Below, in pieces: positions 1 to 11,540 of a stretch of DNA of 64,000 nucleotides. The notes beneath the pieces are model-generated. The model did not search any database. It was not told where the DNA came from and saw nothing but the letters and a program-made list of their open reading frames with translations. Numbering within the stretch: position 1 is the first letter of the stretch; each line of letters begins with the position of its first letter. This stretch comes from an uncultured Flavobacteriaceae bacterium (GTDB taxonomy: Bacteria > Bacteroidota > Bacteroidia > Flavobacteriales > Flavobacteriaceae). The stretch lies in contig CAJIYH010000001.1 in the NCBI GenBank assembly GCA_905181615.1, positions 86,082 through 150,081 on the forward strand, in the 5' to 3' direction. The translations under genes were made by a program, and so were the position numbers.

Positions 1-249
1 TTGGTTAAGAACGACCTTAACCGATTTGCCCTTGGAGATCGAGATGATTTGATTTATAATAAGGATGGGGCATTAGACCTGTATATTCAATCGAGTCCAA
101 CAGCAGAAGAAAAGCTTAACAACTGGCTGCCAATTCCAGAAACAGGTCCTTTTTATTTAACCCTAAGACTGTATTGGCCAAAAGAAAAAGTTCTAAAAGG
201 AAATTGGAATCCACCTTTAGTACTCCCATCAAAACAAGAAAAACAGTAA
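1..249 (+). CDS. C-terminal fragment of a DUF1214-like protein (5' end outside window)
   Basis: Frame is open from base 1. The C-terminal pattern (LRLYWPK...W.PP) is recalled from DUF1214 proteins; the family call is from memory only. Confidence 0.5.
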   Translation: MVKNDLNRFALGDRDDLIYNKDGALDLYIQSSPTAEEKLNNWLPIPETGPFYLTLRLYWPKEKVLKGNWNPPLVLPSKQEKQ

Positions 250-272
250 TTCAATCTAAAGACTTTTAAATA

Positions 273-1250
273 ATGAAAAACACTATACAACAATTCTTAA
301 AAGACACAGGGGCAAAAATACCCCTTGTGTGTGGCCCAATGTATCCGGGATCTAACCCTGAATTAATTGCAGCCGTATCGGAAGCTGGTGGATTTGGAGT
401 TGTCCAGCCTGTTTCACTAACCTCACTTTATGGACATGACTTTAGAGAAGGGTTACGGTTAATTAAAAAATTGACCAACCAACCCTTTGGAGTTAATTTT
501 ACCATTTTTGGCGGAGCTAACAAAAAGTACCATCAGCAGATGCAAGAATGGATGGAAATCTCTATTGAAGAGGGAGTAAAATACTTTTTGACTTCATTGG
601 GGAAGCCGCACGCTATTGTCAATGCAGCAAAACAGCACGGGATCAAAGTTTATCATGACGTACCCAACAAAAAAGTAGCCTTGGCAATGAGAGATGCAGG
701 TGTAGATGGGTTGAATTGTATTAATTGGAGAGGGGGAGGTCAAACGGGTATTCAGTCTGCCGAAAAATTCATGGAAGAGTTACACGACATTGATATTCCT
801 TTAATTTGCGCAGGGGGTATTGGAAATGCAAATGATTTTCAAAAGGTACTTGATATGGGATATGCTGGTGCACAATTAGGGACACGTTTTCTTGCAACTA
901 AAGAATGTATTATTACTAATGGATATAAGCAAGCTATTGTAGATTCTAAGGAAGAAGACATTGTTTGGACGAAAAAAATTGCAGGAAATAATTCTTCTTT
1001 AATAAAAACAAAAGACATTATGCGCGGCGGTTTACGGACGGGGCCAGTAATTAATTTTATGCTGCGACAGCCTAAATTAAAAAAATACGCTCGCATGTAC
1101 TTAATGAGCAAAGGAATTAAAAATTATAGCAAAACTACTTTTGATGATTCAGTCCAGTTTTGGCAGGCAGGGAAAGGAGTTGGGAATATAAAATCTATTG
1201 AGACTGTTTCAGATGTAATTAAGGAATTTAGTCAAGATTGGCAGCACTAA
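273..1250 (+). CDS. Nitronate monooxygenase / NPD-family FMN oxidoreductase (FabK-like)
   Basis: 325-aa ORF with ATG start. It has the PMYPGSNPEL, GGIG and GTRF motifs typical of the 2-nitropropane dioxygenase family. Confidence 0.8.
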   Translation: MKNTIQQFLKDTGAKIPLVCGPMYPGSNPELIAAVSEAGGFGVVQPVSLTSLYGHDFREGLRLIKKLTNQPFGVNFTIFGGANKKYHQQMQEWMEISIEEGVKYFLTSLGKPHAIVNAAKQHGIKVYHDVPNKKVALAMRDAGVDGLNCINWRGGGQTGIQSAEKFMEELHDIDIPLICAGGIGNANDFQKVLDMGYAGAQLGTRFLATKECIITNGYKQAIVDSKEEDIVWTKKIAGNNSSLIKTKDIMRGGLRTGPVINFMLRQPKLKKYARMYLMSKGIKNYSKTTFDDSVQFWQAGKGVGNIKSIETVSDVIKEFSQDWQH

Positions 1251-1313
1251 ATCATCAACGTAAAAGGATTTAAACAGGAATTTAATTCAAAACAAAAGTG
1301 TTTGAAGAGCTAT

Positions 1314-1736
1314 TTATTTTCTTAAAATTAGCTTAGTAGCTTCATAAAGTAAAACCCCAACAGGCCCCAGCATAAATGTTGCCAACAGCGGAATTATAAT
1401 CCAGAGGTGTTTAATTTTCTTGGATTTAGCCTCTCTTAATATCCAGCATCCTACCCAAAAATCGAAGGCAAGGTAGTGCAGCCATCCTGCGGCGATTAAC
1501 TCGGGAGTACTGTTTTCATACAAAGCAATAATACCATCTAATGATGAAAAATCAACACTCCCCATTCCACCATTTACAGTCATAAAATAGAGATAAACAA
1601 AGCTCAGTAACAAGGGTATAAATGGACGTTTCGAAAGAACAATTGTGAACTTCCAATTAGGGACGAAAAGCAGCAAGACCCAGGCACCTAAAATACTCGT
1701 GTTACAAATTGTAAATAAAAGTTCAGTTGTTTCCAT
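1314..1736 (-). CDS. ABA4-like (DUF4281) small integral membrane protein
   Basis: 140-aa ORF with four hydrophobic segments. Resemblance to DUF4281 is from memory. Confidence 0.55.
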   Translation of the reverse strand: METTELLFTICNTSILGAWVLLLFVPNWKFTIVLSKRPFIPLLLSFVYLYFMTVNGGMGSVDFSSLDGIIALYENSTPELIAAGWLHYLAFDFWVGCWILREAKSKKIKHLWIIIPLLATFMLGPVGVLLYEATKLILRK

Positions 1737-1738
1737 GT

Positions 1739-2680
1739 TTATTTTTTTATTAAACCGAGTTCAATCAATCGTTGATGTAAAAAGGCTCCGGCAGTTATAT
1801 CTTCGTATGCTTTGGGATGTTTCTCAGAAACACAATTAGACAAGCAATTTAAGGGCATTTCAGCGATAGGATGCATAAAAAATGGAATGGAATATCGAGA
1901 ATTACCCCATGCCTCTTTAGGAGGATTAACAACTTGGTGAAGAGTAGATTTTAGTCGGTTGTTTGTTAGCCGTGACATCATATCGCCCATATTAATGATT
2001 AGCTCGTCTGGTTCTGCAAACGCATCAATCCATTTCCCTTGATTTGTAATGACTTGCAAACCCTTTCCTTGAGCACCCATAAGTAAGGTAATTAAGTTTA
2101 TGTCTCCATGAACAGCAGCTCGGAGGGCGCTTTGCGGCTCTTGTGTTATTGGCGGATAATGAATTGCTCGCAAAATGGAGTTTCCATTGGCAATAAAAGC
2201 ATCAAAATAATGCTCCTCTACTTTTAAGTGAATTGCAATTGCTTGAAGCACATGTTGAGCTGTTTTTTCTAGGAGCTCATAGGTGTGTTTTCCCACTTCA
2301 TTGAATTTAGGGCACTCGTTCACAAGTAAGTTTTCGGGGTAAAGCTTTGTAACATGATTTTCATATTGTCCAAAATGCCAAAATTCTTTTAGGTCCCCTA
2401 CCGTTCTGTTTTTAGCGTGCTCTTTTCCAAATGAAGTGTATCCTATTTGTCCCCCTCCACCTTCGACCTCATATTGTTTTTTAATTTCTAGTGGAAGTTT
2501 AAAAAAGCTCCTGATTTCGCAGTAAAGAGCTTCCATGAGTTCAGAAGACAGAAAATGTCCTTTTAGAGCTACAAAACCAATTTCTTCAAAAGCAGTTCCT
2601 AACTGTGAAACGAATTGTTGTTTTTTGTTTTTATCGGAACTTAAGAAGTCATTTAAATCTACTTTAGGTATATGTTGCAA
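1739..2680 (-). CDS. 2-oxoglutarate/Fe(II)-dependent oxygenase (isopenicillin N synthase family)
   Basis: 313 aa. The HGD...H facial triad (VHGDINL, TLHQV) and the RYSIPFF 2OG-binding motif are present. Confidence 0.8.
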   Translation of the reverse strand: MQHIPKVDLNDFLSSDKNKKQQFVSQLGTAFEEIGFVALKGHFLSSELMEALYCEIRSFFKLPLEIKKQYEVEGGGGQIGYTSFGKEHAKNRTVGDLKEFWHFGQYENHVTKLYPENLLVNECPKFNEVGKHTYELLEKTAQHVLQAIAIHLKVEEHYFDAFIANGNSILRAIHYPPITQEPQSALRAAVHGDINLITLLMGAQGKGLQVITNQGKWIDAFAEPDELIINMGDMMSRLTNNRLKSTLHQVVNPPKEAWGNSRYSIPFFMHPIAEMPLNCLSNCVSEKHPKAYEDITAGAFLHQRLIELGLIKK

Positions 2681-2709
2681 TGGATTGATTTGTTAATGAT
2701 GTAATAAAT

Positions 2710-3297
2710 TTAGTTTAATAGTTGCATTTTGGCAATGTACTTTCCAACCACGTCAAATTCTAAGTTCACACAGGTTCCCGTTTTAAATTCATGAAAATTT
2801 GTGTGTTCATAGGTGTATGGAATTATAGCAACAGAAAATTCGGAAATACCAGAATCGATTACTGTTAAACTAACTCCGTTAATGGTTATTGATCCCTTTT
2901 CTATGGTAATGTTTTTCATTTTAGGATCATATTCAAAAGTGTAAGACCAGCTGCCGCCTGTTTCTTTAATTTTTGTGCAACGACCAACCTGATCAACATG
3001 CCCTTGAACAATATGACCGTCTAGGCGTGCACCTAATTTCATTGCTCGCTCCATATTAACTTTTGCACCAACGGTCAAATCAGAGAGGTTGGTTTTGTCT
3101 AAACTTTCTTTGATAGCAGTAACGGTGTATTGACTATCAGAAACATCAACTACAGTTAGGCAAACTCCATTATGGGCAACGCTTTGATCTATTTTCAATT
3201 CAGTTGTTAAGCTACTTTCCATAGTAATGTGAAGGTTTTCATCTTCACGAATTAATTTCTTTACTTCTCCAAAACCTTCTATGATTCCTGTAAACAT
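2710..3297 (-). CDS. ribE: Riboflavin synthase alpha chain
   Basis: N-terminal MFTGIIE, a duplicated lumazine-binding repeat and a length of 195 aa. Confidence 0.9.
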   Translation of the reverse strand: MFTGIIEGFGEVKKLIREDENLHITMESSLTTELKIDQSVAHNGVCLTVVDVSDSQYTVTAIKESLDKTNLSDLTVGAKVNMERAMKLGARLDGHIVQGHVDQVGRCTKIKETGGSWSYTFEYDPKMKNITIEKGSITINGVSLTVIDSGISEFSVAIIPYTYEHTNFHEFKTGTCVNLEFDVVGKYIAKMQLLN

Positions 3298-3355
3298 TTC
3301 CTAGATTATATTGATTAACTTTGTTGATCTAAATTACTAATAAATCAAGGATTTG

Positions 3356-4372
3356 ATGGAAGAAGCCCGAAAAATAAAAGTAGGAATTTCAATTGGTGAC
3401 CCCAACGGAATTGGAATTGAAGTCATCTTAAAAATTTTTGAGCAAAAAGAGCTCTTTGATTTTTTCACTCCTGTACTTTATGGAAACATGAAGCTAATTA
3501 GTTTTCAGAAAAGACATTTGAACCTAAAAACCTCTCTTAGCCCCCATAGGGAAGGGGGTTCGTTAAGTGCTAGCCAAATTAATGTTGTAGATGTTTGGAC
3601 CACAGCATTCGAGACCACCTATGGAAAGTCTACTCCCGAGGGAGGAGCCCACGCACTAAAGTCCTTAGAAGCAGCTACCAAAGCCCTTAAAAACGGAGAT
3701 GTAGAAGTTTTGGTTACCGCTCCAATTGACAAACATAACATTCAATCCGACACCTTTAATTTTCGGGGGCATACTGATTATTTGGCAAATGAATTAGGAG
3801 GCAAAAGCCTTATGTTCATGATTACCGAGGGACTAAAAGTCGGTTTGCTAACAGATCATGTGCCGGTAAGTGAAGTTGCCAGTTTAATTACCCCTGAGCG
3901 GATTGAAGAAAAAGTATTTTTAATGATGCAATCCCTTCAACAAGATTTTGGAATTTCAAAACCTAAAATTGGAGTTTTAGGAGTAAACCCACACTCAGGA
4001 GATCAAGGAATTATAGGAAGTGAAGACGACCAAGTCCTCCGACCCGCTTTGAAAAAAATCTATGAAAAAGGAAATCTTGTTTTAGGGCCTTATGCAGCGG
4101 ATAGTTTTTTCGGAGCTCAAACCTATACTCAATTCGATGCGATTTTAGCCATTTATCACGACCAAGGCTTAATTCCATTCAAAACGTTATCTTTTGGTCA
4201 AGGGGTTAATTATACAGCAGGATTATCTAAAATTAGAACCTCCCCAGATCATGGAACAGCTTTTGAAATAGCAGGAAAAGGAGAAGCCCATACAGACTCC
4301 TTTAAAGAAGCTCTGTTTGCTGCTCGCAACATCTATTTTGAGCGAAGCGCAAACGAAAATATAAGCGACTAA
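3356..4372 (+). CDS. pdxA: 4-hydroxythreonine-4-phosphate dehydrogenase
   Basis: GDPNGIG, GHTDYLA and TSPDHGTAF motifs. The ATG at 3356 is preferred over the TTG at 3353. Confidence 0.9.
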   Translation: MEEARKIKVGISIGDPNGIGIEVILKIFEQKELFDFFTPVLYGNMKLISFQKRHLNLKTSLSPHREGGSLSASQINVVDVWTTAFETTYGKSTPEGGAHALKSLEAATKALKNGDVEVLVTAPIDKHNIQSDTFNFRGHTDYLANELGGKSLMFMITEGLKVGLLTDHVPVSEVASLITPERIEEKVFLMMQSLQQDFGISKPKIGVLGVNPHSGDQGIIGSEDDQVLRPALKKIYEKGNLVLGPYAADSFFGAQTYTQFDAILAIYHDQGLIPFKTLSFGQGVNYTAGLSKIRTSPDHGTAFEIAGKGEAHTDSFKEALFAARNIYFERSANENISD

Positions 4373-4453
4373 ACCCTAGTAATTGACAATTTTCTAAGGA
4401 AAGCTTTTTGGTTGGTGTTTTTTTGTTAAATTTGCAGGCTCAATAACTATTGA

Positions 4454-4984
4454 ATGGAACGCTCATCTGAATTTATGTTGGCCTTTGTTGGCCTTAAAGA
4501 AGGAGTTCACCAATTCAATTATGATATTGAAAATACGTTCTTTAAAAAATTTGATTTTAATGACTTTTTTGACGCAAAAGTAAAGATATCGTTGACTTTA
4601 GATAAAAAGTCAACCCTTCTGAAACTTAATTTTAAAGCCCAAGGAAGTGTAGAAGTTGCTTGTGATGTTACCGACGAGCATTTTGATTTTCCAATTGACA
4701 CAAACTTTGATTGGATTGTAAAGTTTGGAGATGATTATAACAACGACAACGATGAAATCTTGATTATTCCTCATGGGAGCTATGAAATTGATGTAGCACA
4801 ACCCATATATGAAATGATTGTTTTAGCGATTCCAGCTAAAATTGAACATCCAGGAATTGAAGACGGGACACTAGAATCAGACATATTAAATAAACTAGAA
4901 GAATTACAACCCAAAGAGCGTTTACTTCCGCAAGAAGAAAGTGACCCTCGATGGAATAAATTAAAAGACTTACTAAAACAATAA
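4454..4984 (+). CDS. YceD/DUF177 family protein
   Basis: 176-aa acidic protein immediately upstream of rpmF (2-nt gap). This is the conserved yceD-rpmF pairing. Confidence 0.8.
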   Translation: MERSSEFMLAFVGLKEGVHQFNYDIENTFFKKFDFNDFFDAKVKISLTLDKKSTLLKLNFKAQGSVEVACDVTDEHFDFPIDTNFDWIVKFGDDYNNDNDEILIIPHGSYEIDVAQPIYEMIVLAIPAKIEHPGIEDGTLESDILNKLEELQPKERLLPQEESDPRWNKLKDLLKQ

Positions 4985-4985
4985 A

Positions 4986-5183
4986 ATGGCGCATCCTAAG
5001 AGAAAAATATCGAAAACAAGAAGAGACAAGAGAAGAACGCATTACAAAGCGACTCCCGCTCAAATAGCTGTAGATTCAACAACAGGTGAATCTCACTTGT
5101 ACCACCGTGCTCATTGGCATGAAGGGAAACTATTCTACAAAGGTAAAGTCTTAATCGACAGTACAGAAGTAGCTGAAGCTTAA
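4986..5183 (+). CDS. rpmF: 50S ribosomal protein L32
   Basis: N-terminal [17 protein letters not shown], 65 aa. Confidence 0.9.
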   Translation: MAHPKRKISKTRRDKRRTHYKATPAQIAVDSTTGESHLYHRAHWHEGKLFYKGKVLIDSTEVAEA

Positions 5184-5204
5184 AAATCATTTAACTTTAC
5201 ATGA

Positions 5205-5233
5205 AAACGCTCTCTAATTTGAGAGCTTTTTTT
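5205..5233 (+). terminator. Rho-independent terminator after rpmF
   Basis: Stem GCTCTC (5209-5214) / GAGAGC (5221-5226) followed by a T7 run. Confidence 0.6.
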
Positions 5234-5309
5234 GTGAAAAAAAGTTTGTATCGAGTAAAAATCTAGTATATTCACTATACAAATGCTAGAAGATTAAGCA
5301 AGCATTTCA

Positions 5310-6326
5310 ATGAAAAGCAAAAACTCAAAAGGCATCAAATCTGCCATTACCGCTGTTAGTGGTTACGTCCCCTCTGATGTTTTATCCAATAGCGATTTGG
5401 AAAAAATGGTAGACACCAACGATGAATGGATTTTTAGTCGAACGGGAATTAAAGAGCGTCGAATTGCTCGAAACCCGTTAGAACCAACTTCATTCTTGGC
5501 AATTCAGGCGGCAAATAAGCTCCTTAAAAAACAAAAAACCGACCCCCTAAGTATTGATTTAATAATATTAGCCACGGCCACACCAGACATGCCTGTTGTT
5601 GCAACAGCTGCATATATAGCATCCGAAATCGGAGCTCACAATGCCTTTGGGTTTGACCTTCAAGCGGCCTGTTCAGGCTTTTTATATGGAATGTCAACTG
5701 CTGCTGCCTATATTGAATCAGGACGTTACAAAAAAGTACTTTTGATAGGCGCAGATAAAATGTCTTCAATTGTAGACTACACAGATCGCGCAACCTGTAT
5801 TATTTTTGGAGATGGAGCAGGAGCTGTTCTTTTTGAACCCTCAGAAAACGAATTTGGATATGAAGACTCCTATTTAAGAACAGATGGCTCAGGAAGAGAT
5901 TCCCTTACCATTAAATCAGGAGGCTCATTATACCCTTATAACGAAAGCACATTTGCAGAAGGCGGACATAACATAAAGCAAGATGGACAAACGGTATTTA
6001 AGAACGCAGTTAAGAACATGGCTGACGCCGCAGAACAAGTATTAATTCAAAACGATTTATCGGGAGATGACATCGCATATTTACTTCCTCATCAAGCCAA
6101 CAAAAGAATTATCGATGCAACCGCAAGAAGAATAAATCTTTCTGAAGATCGTGTATTGATGAATATAGAAAAGTACGGAAACACTACCGCAGCTACCTTG
6201 CCTTTATTGATTTCAGATTTCGAATCAAAATTTTCGAAAGGAGATAAGTTAATTTTTGCCGCATTTGGTGGAGGTTTTACTTGGGGAGCTGTATATTTAA
6301 CTTGGAATTACGATTATAAAAACTAA
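5310..6326 (+). CDS. fabH: 3-oxoacyl-ACP synthase III
   Basis: Active-site ACSGF, HQAN and GNTTAAT motifs; 338 aa. Confidence 0.9.
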   Translation: MKSKNSKGIKSAITAVSGYVPSDVLSNSDLEKMVDTNDEWIFSRTGIKERRIARNPLEPTSFLAIQAANKLLKKQKTDPLSIDLIILATATPDMPVVATAAYIASEIGAHNAFGFDLQAACSGFLYGMSTAAAYIESGRYKKVLLIGADKMSSIVDYTDRATCIIFGDGAGAVLFEPSENEFGYEDSYLRTDGSGRDSLTIKSGGSLYPYNESTFAEGGHNIKQDGQTVFKNAVKNMADAAEQVLIQNDLSGDDIAYLLPHQANKRIIDATARRINLSEDRVLMNIEKYGNTTAATLPLLISDFESKFSKGDKLIFAAFGGGFTWGAVYLTWNYDYKN

Positions 6327-6338
6327 ATAGTTTAGCAT

Positions 6339-6815
6339 ATGGATATTAAAGAAATTCAGAACCTTATTAAATTTGTTGCTAAGTCAGGCGCATCTGAGGT
6401 TAAACTTGAAATGGAAGACATCAAAATCACCATTAAAACAGGAGGTGAAGATCGCCTTAAAACCACTACAATTGTTCAACAACACCCGGGCATGGTTGCT
6501 AGCGCTCCTGTTGTTCAAACTCCGTCAGTTGAAGCTGCAGAGCCAGCTTCGGTTAACACAAAAGAGGGCGACAATTTAATTACTGTTAAGTCTCCAATCA
6601 TTGGAACTTTCTACAGAAAACCTGCACCAGACAAACCTACTTTTGCTGAGGTTGGTCAAGAAATTAGCGAAGGTGATGTTCTTTGTGTAATTGAAGCGAT
6701 GAAATTATTTAACGAAATAGAATCTGATGTGCGAGGTAAGATTGTAAAAATCTTAGTCGATGATTCTACACCTGTAGAATTTGATCAACCATTATTCTTA
6801 GTTGACCCTTCCTAG
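6339..6815 (+). CDS. accB: Acetyl-CoA carboxylase biotin carboxyl carrier protein
   Basis: Biotinyl-lysine motif [10 protein letters not shown], an Ala/Pro-rich linker and a position upstream of accC. Confidence 0.9.
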   Translation: MDIKEIQNLIKFVAKSGASEVKLEMEDIKITIKTGGEDRLKTTTIVQQHPGMVASAPVVQTPSVEAAEPASVNTKEGDNLITVKSPIIGTFYRKPAPDKPTFAEVGQEISEGDVLCVIEAMKLFNEIESDVRGKIVKILVDDSTPVEFDQPLFLVDPS

Positions 6816-6837
6816 AACTTTCATAAAAAACAGATTC

Positions 6838-8175
6838 ATGTTTAAGAAAATATTAATAGCCAACCGAGGAGAGATTGCGCTAAGAATAATTCGTACTTGC
6901 AAAGAGATGGGAATTAAATCTGTTGCAGTTTATTCGAAAGCTGATGAAGAAAGTTTACATGTTAAGTTTGCAGACGAAGCAGTTTGTATAGGACCACCTC
7001 CAAGCTCAGAATCCTACCTTAAAATGTCTAACATACTTGCCGCAGCTGAGATTACAAACTCAGATGCAATTCATCCTGGATACGGGTTTTTGTCTGAAAA
7101 CGCAAAATTCTCCAAAATGTGCGAAGAACATCAAATTAAGTTTATCGGAGCATCTTGTGATATGATCAACCAGATGGGAGATAAAGCTTCGGCAAAATCA
7201 ACCATGAAGGCAGCAGGGGTTCCTACCATTCCTGGTTCCGAAGGTATTTTAAAGGATTTTGAAGAAACTCAAAAACTAGCAGCAGAAATGGGTTATCCAG
7301 TAATGCTTAAGGCAACTGCTGGTGGTGGAGGTAAAGGAATGCGAGCAGTTTGGGTCGAAGAAGACCTTTTAAAAGCATGGGATAGCGCCCGTCAAGAAGC
7401 TGCTGCAGCTTTTGGAAACGACGGCATGTATATGGAAAAACTCATTGAAGAGCCCCGCCATATTGAAATACAAATTGTTGGAGATAGTTTTGGAAAAGCT
7501 TGTCACTTATCAGAGCGCGATTGTTCTGTTCAAAGACGTCACCAAAAACTAACCGAAGAAACACCTTCCCCATTTATGACGGATGATCTTCGTGAAAAAA
7601 TGGGAAAAGCAGCCGTTTTAGCAGCAGAATATATTAAATACGAAGGAGCTGGAACGGTAGAGTTTTTAGTAGACAAGCACCGTAATTTTTACTTCATGGA
7701 AATGAACACGCGTATTCAGGTGGAACACCCAATTACCGAGCAGGTAATTGACTTTGATTTGATTCGTGAGCAAATTTCTGTTGCTGCAAAAATTCCAATT
7801 TCAGGAAAGAACTATTTACCGAAAATGCATTCGATAGAGTGCCGTATTAATGCAGAAGACCCATACAATGATTTTCGTCCTTCTCCAGGAAAAATAACAA
7901 ATCTTAATGTCCCAGGAGGTCATGGAGTAAGATTAGATACTCACGTGTATTCGGGATACACAATTCCACCTTACTACGACTCTATGATTGCAAAGCTAAT
8001 AACCACGGCACAAACTCGAGAAGAGGCAATCAATAAAATGAAGCGTGCATTAGGAGAATTTGTTATTGAAGGAATAAAAACCACGATTCCGTTTCACATT
8101 CAATTGATGAATCATCCGGATTATATAGCGGGAAATTATACCACAAAATTTATGGAAGATTTCGAAATGGAATAG
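6838..8175 (+). CDS. accC: Acetyl-CoA carboxylase biotin carboxylase subunit
   Basis: [14 protein letters not shown] start at the ATG at 6838. The listed 6802 start is a TTG overlapping the accB end. ATP-grasp motifs are present throughout. Confidence 0.95.
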   Translation: MFKKILIANRGEIALRIIRTCKEMGIKSVAVYSKADEESLHVKFADEAVCIGPPPSSESYLKMSNILAAAEITNSDAIHPGYGFLSENAKFSKMCEEHQIKFIGASCDMINQMGDKASAKSTMKAAGVPTIPGSEGILKDFEETQKLAAEMGYPVMLKATAGGGGKGMRAVWVEEDLLKAWDSARQEAAAAFGNDGMYMEKLIEEPRHIEIQIVGDSFGKACHLSERDCSVQRRHQKLTEETPSPFMTDDLREKMGKAAVLAAEYIKYEGAGTVEFLVDKHRNFYFMEMNTRIQVEHPITEQVIDFDLIREQISVAAKIPISGKNYLPKMHSIECRINAEDPYNDFRPSPGKITNLNVPGGHGVRLDTHVYSGYTIPPYYDSMIAKLITTAQTREEAINKMKRALGEFVIEGIKTTIPFHIQLMNHPDYIAGNYTTKFMEDFEME

Positions 8176-8191
8176 TCCATATCTTAAAAAG

Positions 8192-8220
8192 AAAAAAGCC
8201 TGCTATAAGCAGGCTTTTTT
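8192..8220. terminator. Bidirectional hairpin terminator between convergent accC and prolyl oligopeptidase genes
   Basis: AAAAAAGCCTGC-TATAA-GCAGGCTTTTTT: a GC-containing stem flanked by an A-run and a T-run. Confidence 0.7.
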
Positions 8221-8238
8221 CTTTTTAAGAATAAAATT

Positions 8239-10377
8239 TTATCCTTTAATTTTAGTGTTCATTTTTTCTGGAAGCACCCGATACCCCATGTTGTATAGCG
8301 TAAACCCAAAAATATCAGCATATTGATCAATGGACTTAGTTACAGGAGTTCCAGCTCCATGCCCTGCATTTGTTTCTATTCGAATCATAACAGGGTTTTT
8401 ACCTTTATGCTTGTTTTGAAGTTCGGCGGCAAATTTAAATGAATGTGCTGGTACCACGCGATCATCATGGTCGCCTGTAGTAATTAAAGTAGCAGGATAT
8501 GAAGTACTTGCTTTTACATTGTGAACCGGAGAATATCCTTTCAAATAATCGAACATTTCTTTAGAATCTTCAGCAGTTCCATAGTCATATGCCCAACCTG
8601 CACCAGCGGTAAAGGTGTGATATCGAAGCATATCTAGAACGCCTACAGCAGGCAACGCTACCCGCATTAAGTCAGGGCGCTGCACCATGGTTGCACCTAC
8701 TAAAAGACCACCATTAGATCCTCCTCTAATTGCTAGATACTCTGACGAGGTGTATTTTTCGGCAATTAAGTATTCAGCAGCAGCTATGAAATCGTTGAAT
8801 ACATTTTGCTTTTGCAGTTTTGTCCCAGCGTTATGCCAAGCCTTCCCATACTCTCCGCCTCCGCGTAAATTGGGAACGGCATAAACACCGCCTTGCTCCA
8901 TCCAAACGGCATTAGGAATGCTGAAACTGGGCGTTAAGCTGATGTTGAATCCGCCATATCCATATAAAATTGTGGGATTCTTACCGTTGAGTTCAATTCC
9001 TTTTTTATATGTTATAATCATAGGAACTTTAGTGCTGTCTTTGGATTCATAAAACACCTGTTTAGACTCATACATTGAAGGATCGAAATCAATAGGAGGG
9101 TTCCAATATAATTCACTTTTTTGAGTTAAAGGATTATAGGCATATATACTACTTGGATTTGCGTAATTTGTAAAACGATAATATAAAATGGCATCTTCTT
9201 TTTCTCCTGAAAATCCGGAAACACTCCCTACCCCTGGCAAGGAAACTTCTCCTAGATTTGTTCCTTTGGAATCGTATTGATGAATTTTAGAAATTGCATC
9301 AACCATATATTCTGCAAAGAAAAATCCACTCCCACTACTTGGACTTAAAACATAATCTGTTTCTGGAATAAAATCTTTCCAATGCTCTTGCTCCGGCTTA
9401 CTTGCATTTGCTTCAACAACTTTTTGATTGGGTGCATTGAAGTTGGTTACAATAAATAAGCGATCACCATCACTGTCTAATAAATAATGATCATTTTCAT
9501 AACCGTCTGTAAGAAGAACTAAGGGACTGTTGGCTTTTCTTAAGTCTTTAAACAACAATTTATTTCCAGAAGTTGACTCGGAAGCAGAGACAATTAAATA
9601 GGCATCATCTTCTGTAACCTGAGCGCCAACATATCTGTTTTTTTCAGATTCCACTCCTCCAAAAACAACAACATCTTCACTTTGAGGAGTTTTTATTTTA
9701 TGAAAGTAAAGCTTGTGTTGGTCAGTTTTTGCTGAGAGCTCGCTTCCTTCGGGCTTGTCATAACTAGAGTAATAAAACCCTTCATTACCTTTCCATTGAA
9801 TTCCGCTAAATTTAAGGTCATTAATTGTGTCTTCAATTATTTCTTTAGTTTCTGAATTCATGACTAAAACCCTTCTCCAGTCACTACCTCCCTCAGAGAT
9901 TGAGTAAGCCGCTAAAGAACTGTTTTTAGAAAAACTAAGACCGGCTAAGGAAGTGGTTCCGTCTTCAGAAAACGAATTTGGATCTAAAAACACTTCCGCA
10001 TTCTCGATTTTATCCGCATAACGGTAAATTACATATTGGTTCTGTAATCCGTCATTTTTATAAAAGTAAGTATATTTTCCTTCTTTAAATGGGGTACCAA
10101 TTTTTTCGTAATTCCAGAGTCCAGTGAGGCGCTCTTTGAGTTGTTCTCTAAAGGGGATTTTGTTAAGATAATTAAAAGTCACATCATTTTGAGCCCTAAC
10201 CCAGTCTGCGGTTTCTTCACTTCTGTCGTCTTCGAGCCAGCGATAATTATCGACGACTTCTTGGTCAAAAAAGACATCAATAACAGGCTTTTTTTGTGTT
10301 TCTGGATAGTTCATTTGTGGGTTGTTTTCACAACTAATCAAAATACAGGCGAGTATTCCTAAAATTAGATTTTTCAT
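8239..10377 (-). CDS. Prolyl oligopeptidase (S9A) lipoprotein
   Basis: 712 aa. Lipobox LISC, beta-propeller N-terminal region, catalytic GGSNGG and a C-terminal HG triad region. Confidence 0.9.
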   Translation of the reverse strand: MKNLILGILACILISCENNPQMNYPETQKKPVIDVFFDQEVVDNYRWLEDDRSEETADWVRAQNDVTFNYLNKIPFREQLKERLTGLWNYEKIGTPFKEGKYTYFYKNDGLQNQYVIYRYADKIENAEVFLDPNSFSEDGTTSLAGLSFSKNSSLAAYSISEGGSDWRRVLVMNSETKEIIEDTINDLKFSGIQWKGNEGFYYSSYDKPEGSELSAKTDQHKLYFHKIKTPQSEDVVVFGGVESEKNRYVGAQVTEDDAYLIVSASESTSGNKLLFKDLRKANSPLVLLTDGYENDHYLLDSDGDRLFIVTNFNAPNQKVVEANASKPEQEHWKDFIPETDYVLSPSSGSGFFFAEYMVDAISKIHQYDSKGTNLGEVSLPGVGSVSGFSGEKEDAILYYRFTNYANPSSIYAYNPLTQKSELYWNPPIDFDPSMYESKQVFYESKDSTKVPMIITYKKGIELNGKNPTILYGYGGFNISLTPSFSIPNAVWMEQGGVYAVPNLRGGGEYGKAWHNAGTKLQKQNVFNDFIAAAEYLIAEKYTSSEYLAIRGGSNGGLLVGATMVQRPDLMRVALPAVGVLDMLRYHTFTAGAGWAYDYGTAEDSKEMFDYLKGYSPVHNVKASTSYPATLITTGDHDDRVVPAHSFKFAAELQNKHKGKNPVMIRIETNAGHGAGTPVTKSIDQYADIFGFTLYNMGYRVLPEKMNTKIKG

Positions 10378-10441
10378 GAGAATTGCTTATTTCTTTGAAA
10401 TATACAGAATAAATACCAACCCTATAAACCCAACTGAAATC

Positions 10442-11431
10442 CTATATCCAACCTTTACTCGCTAAAAATTCGGCAATTTGAATGGTATTGGTTGCTGCTC
10501 CCTTTCTTAGGTTATCAGAAACAATCCACATGTTTAAGGAATTTTCTTGTGAAAAATCTTTTCGGATTCTTCCTACAAAAACTTCATCTTTACCTTCAGC
10601 ATATATCGGCATTGGGTAGGTATTTGTGTCAGGATTGTCCAGAACAGTTACTCCAGGGCTTTGATTTAGTAGACTTTGAACCTCGAAAACCGACGCGTCT
10701 TTTTTTAGCTGCACATTTATAGATTCACTATGCCCTCCTACAACAGGAATTCGAACAGCAGTTGCGGTAATTCTGATGTCGTCATCTCCTAAAATTTTAT
10801 GGGTTTCTTGAATCAATTTCATTTCCTCTTTTGTGTATCCATTTTCTTGAAAAACATCACAATGGGGAATTGCGTTTCTATGAATAGGGTAAGGATAAGC
10901 CATTTCCCCTTTTTTACCTTGATATTCGTTTTCTAACTGCTCTACTGCTTTTACTCCTGTACCAGTAATTGATTGATAAGTTGAAATCACTAGACGTCCT
11001 ATTCCAAAGTTTTTTTGAAGCGGAGCCAGTGCAACCAGCATTTGTATAGTTGAGCAGTTGGGGTTCGCTATAATTTTATCTTTAGGCGTTAATTCACTCG
11101 CATTGATTTCAGGAACAATAAGTTTTTTAGATGGATCCATTCTCCAAGCAGAAGAATTGTCGATTACTGTTGTTCCTGCTTCAGCAAATTTAGGCGCCCA
11201 TTTCAAAGAAGCTTCTCCCCCCGCAGAAAACAAAGCAACATCTGCTTTCATCGCAACCGCAGTAGCCAAGCCAACAACAGTATACGAAGTTCCACCGAAG
11301 GAGATTTTTTTACCAACAGAGCGTTCAGAGGCAACAGGAATTAATTCTGTAATCGAAAAATTTCTTTCAGCGAGCACTTTTAACATGACTTGACCTACCA
11401 TTCCAGTAGCTCCAACAACGGCAACTTTCAT
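10442..11431 (-). CDS. asd: Aspartate-semialdehyde dehydrogenase
   Basis: MKVAVVGATGMVG Rossmann N-terminus and NPNCSTI active-site Cys motif. Confidence 0.9.
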   Translation of the reverse strand: MKVAVVGATGMVGQVMLKVLAERNFSITELIPVASERSVGKKISFGGTSYTVVGLATAVAMKADVALFSAGGEASLKWAPKFAEAGTTVIDNSSAWRMDPSKKLIVPEINASELTPKDKIIANPNCSTIQMLVALAPLQKNFGIGRLVISTYQSITGTGVKAVEQLENEYQGKKGEMAYPYPIHRNAIPHCDVFQENGYTKEEMKLIQETHKILGDDDIRITATAVRIPVVGGHSESINVQLKKDASVFEVQSLLNQSPGVTVLDNPDTNTYPMPIYAEGKDEVFVGRIRKDFSQENSLNMWIVSDNLRKGAATNTIQIAEFLASKGWI

Positions 11432-11512
11432 CTAATTTTCTTTAAATTATTGAATGCAAAAGTACTTATATATTCGTCTGTTTCAAACGAATATATTGTT
11501 TATATCAAACCT

Positions 11513-11539
11513 AAAACAAATTGTTATACATATAACAAT
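11513..11539 (-). terminator. Hairpin terminator after alr
   Basis: ATTGTTATA/TATAACAAT palindrome at 11520-11539, followed on the minus strand by TTGTTTT. Confidence 0.5.
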
Positions 11540-11540
11540 C

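Noticed and set aside
11058-11393. 111-aa ORF antisense to asd, and similar antisense or shadow ORFs (for example 839-1111, 4519-4801, 8687-8884, 14729-15016, 35562-35819, 38542-38847, 45055-45826, 49540-49827, 63669-63899)
   Set aside because: All lie entirely inside strongly supported genes on the opposite strand or in another frame. They have low-complexity or odd composition and no recognisable family. These are typical shadow ORFs.
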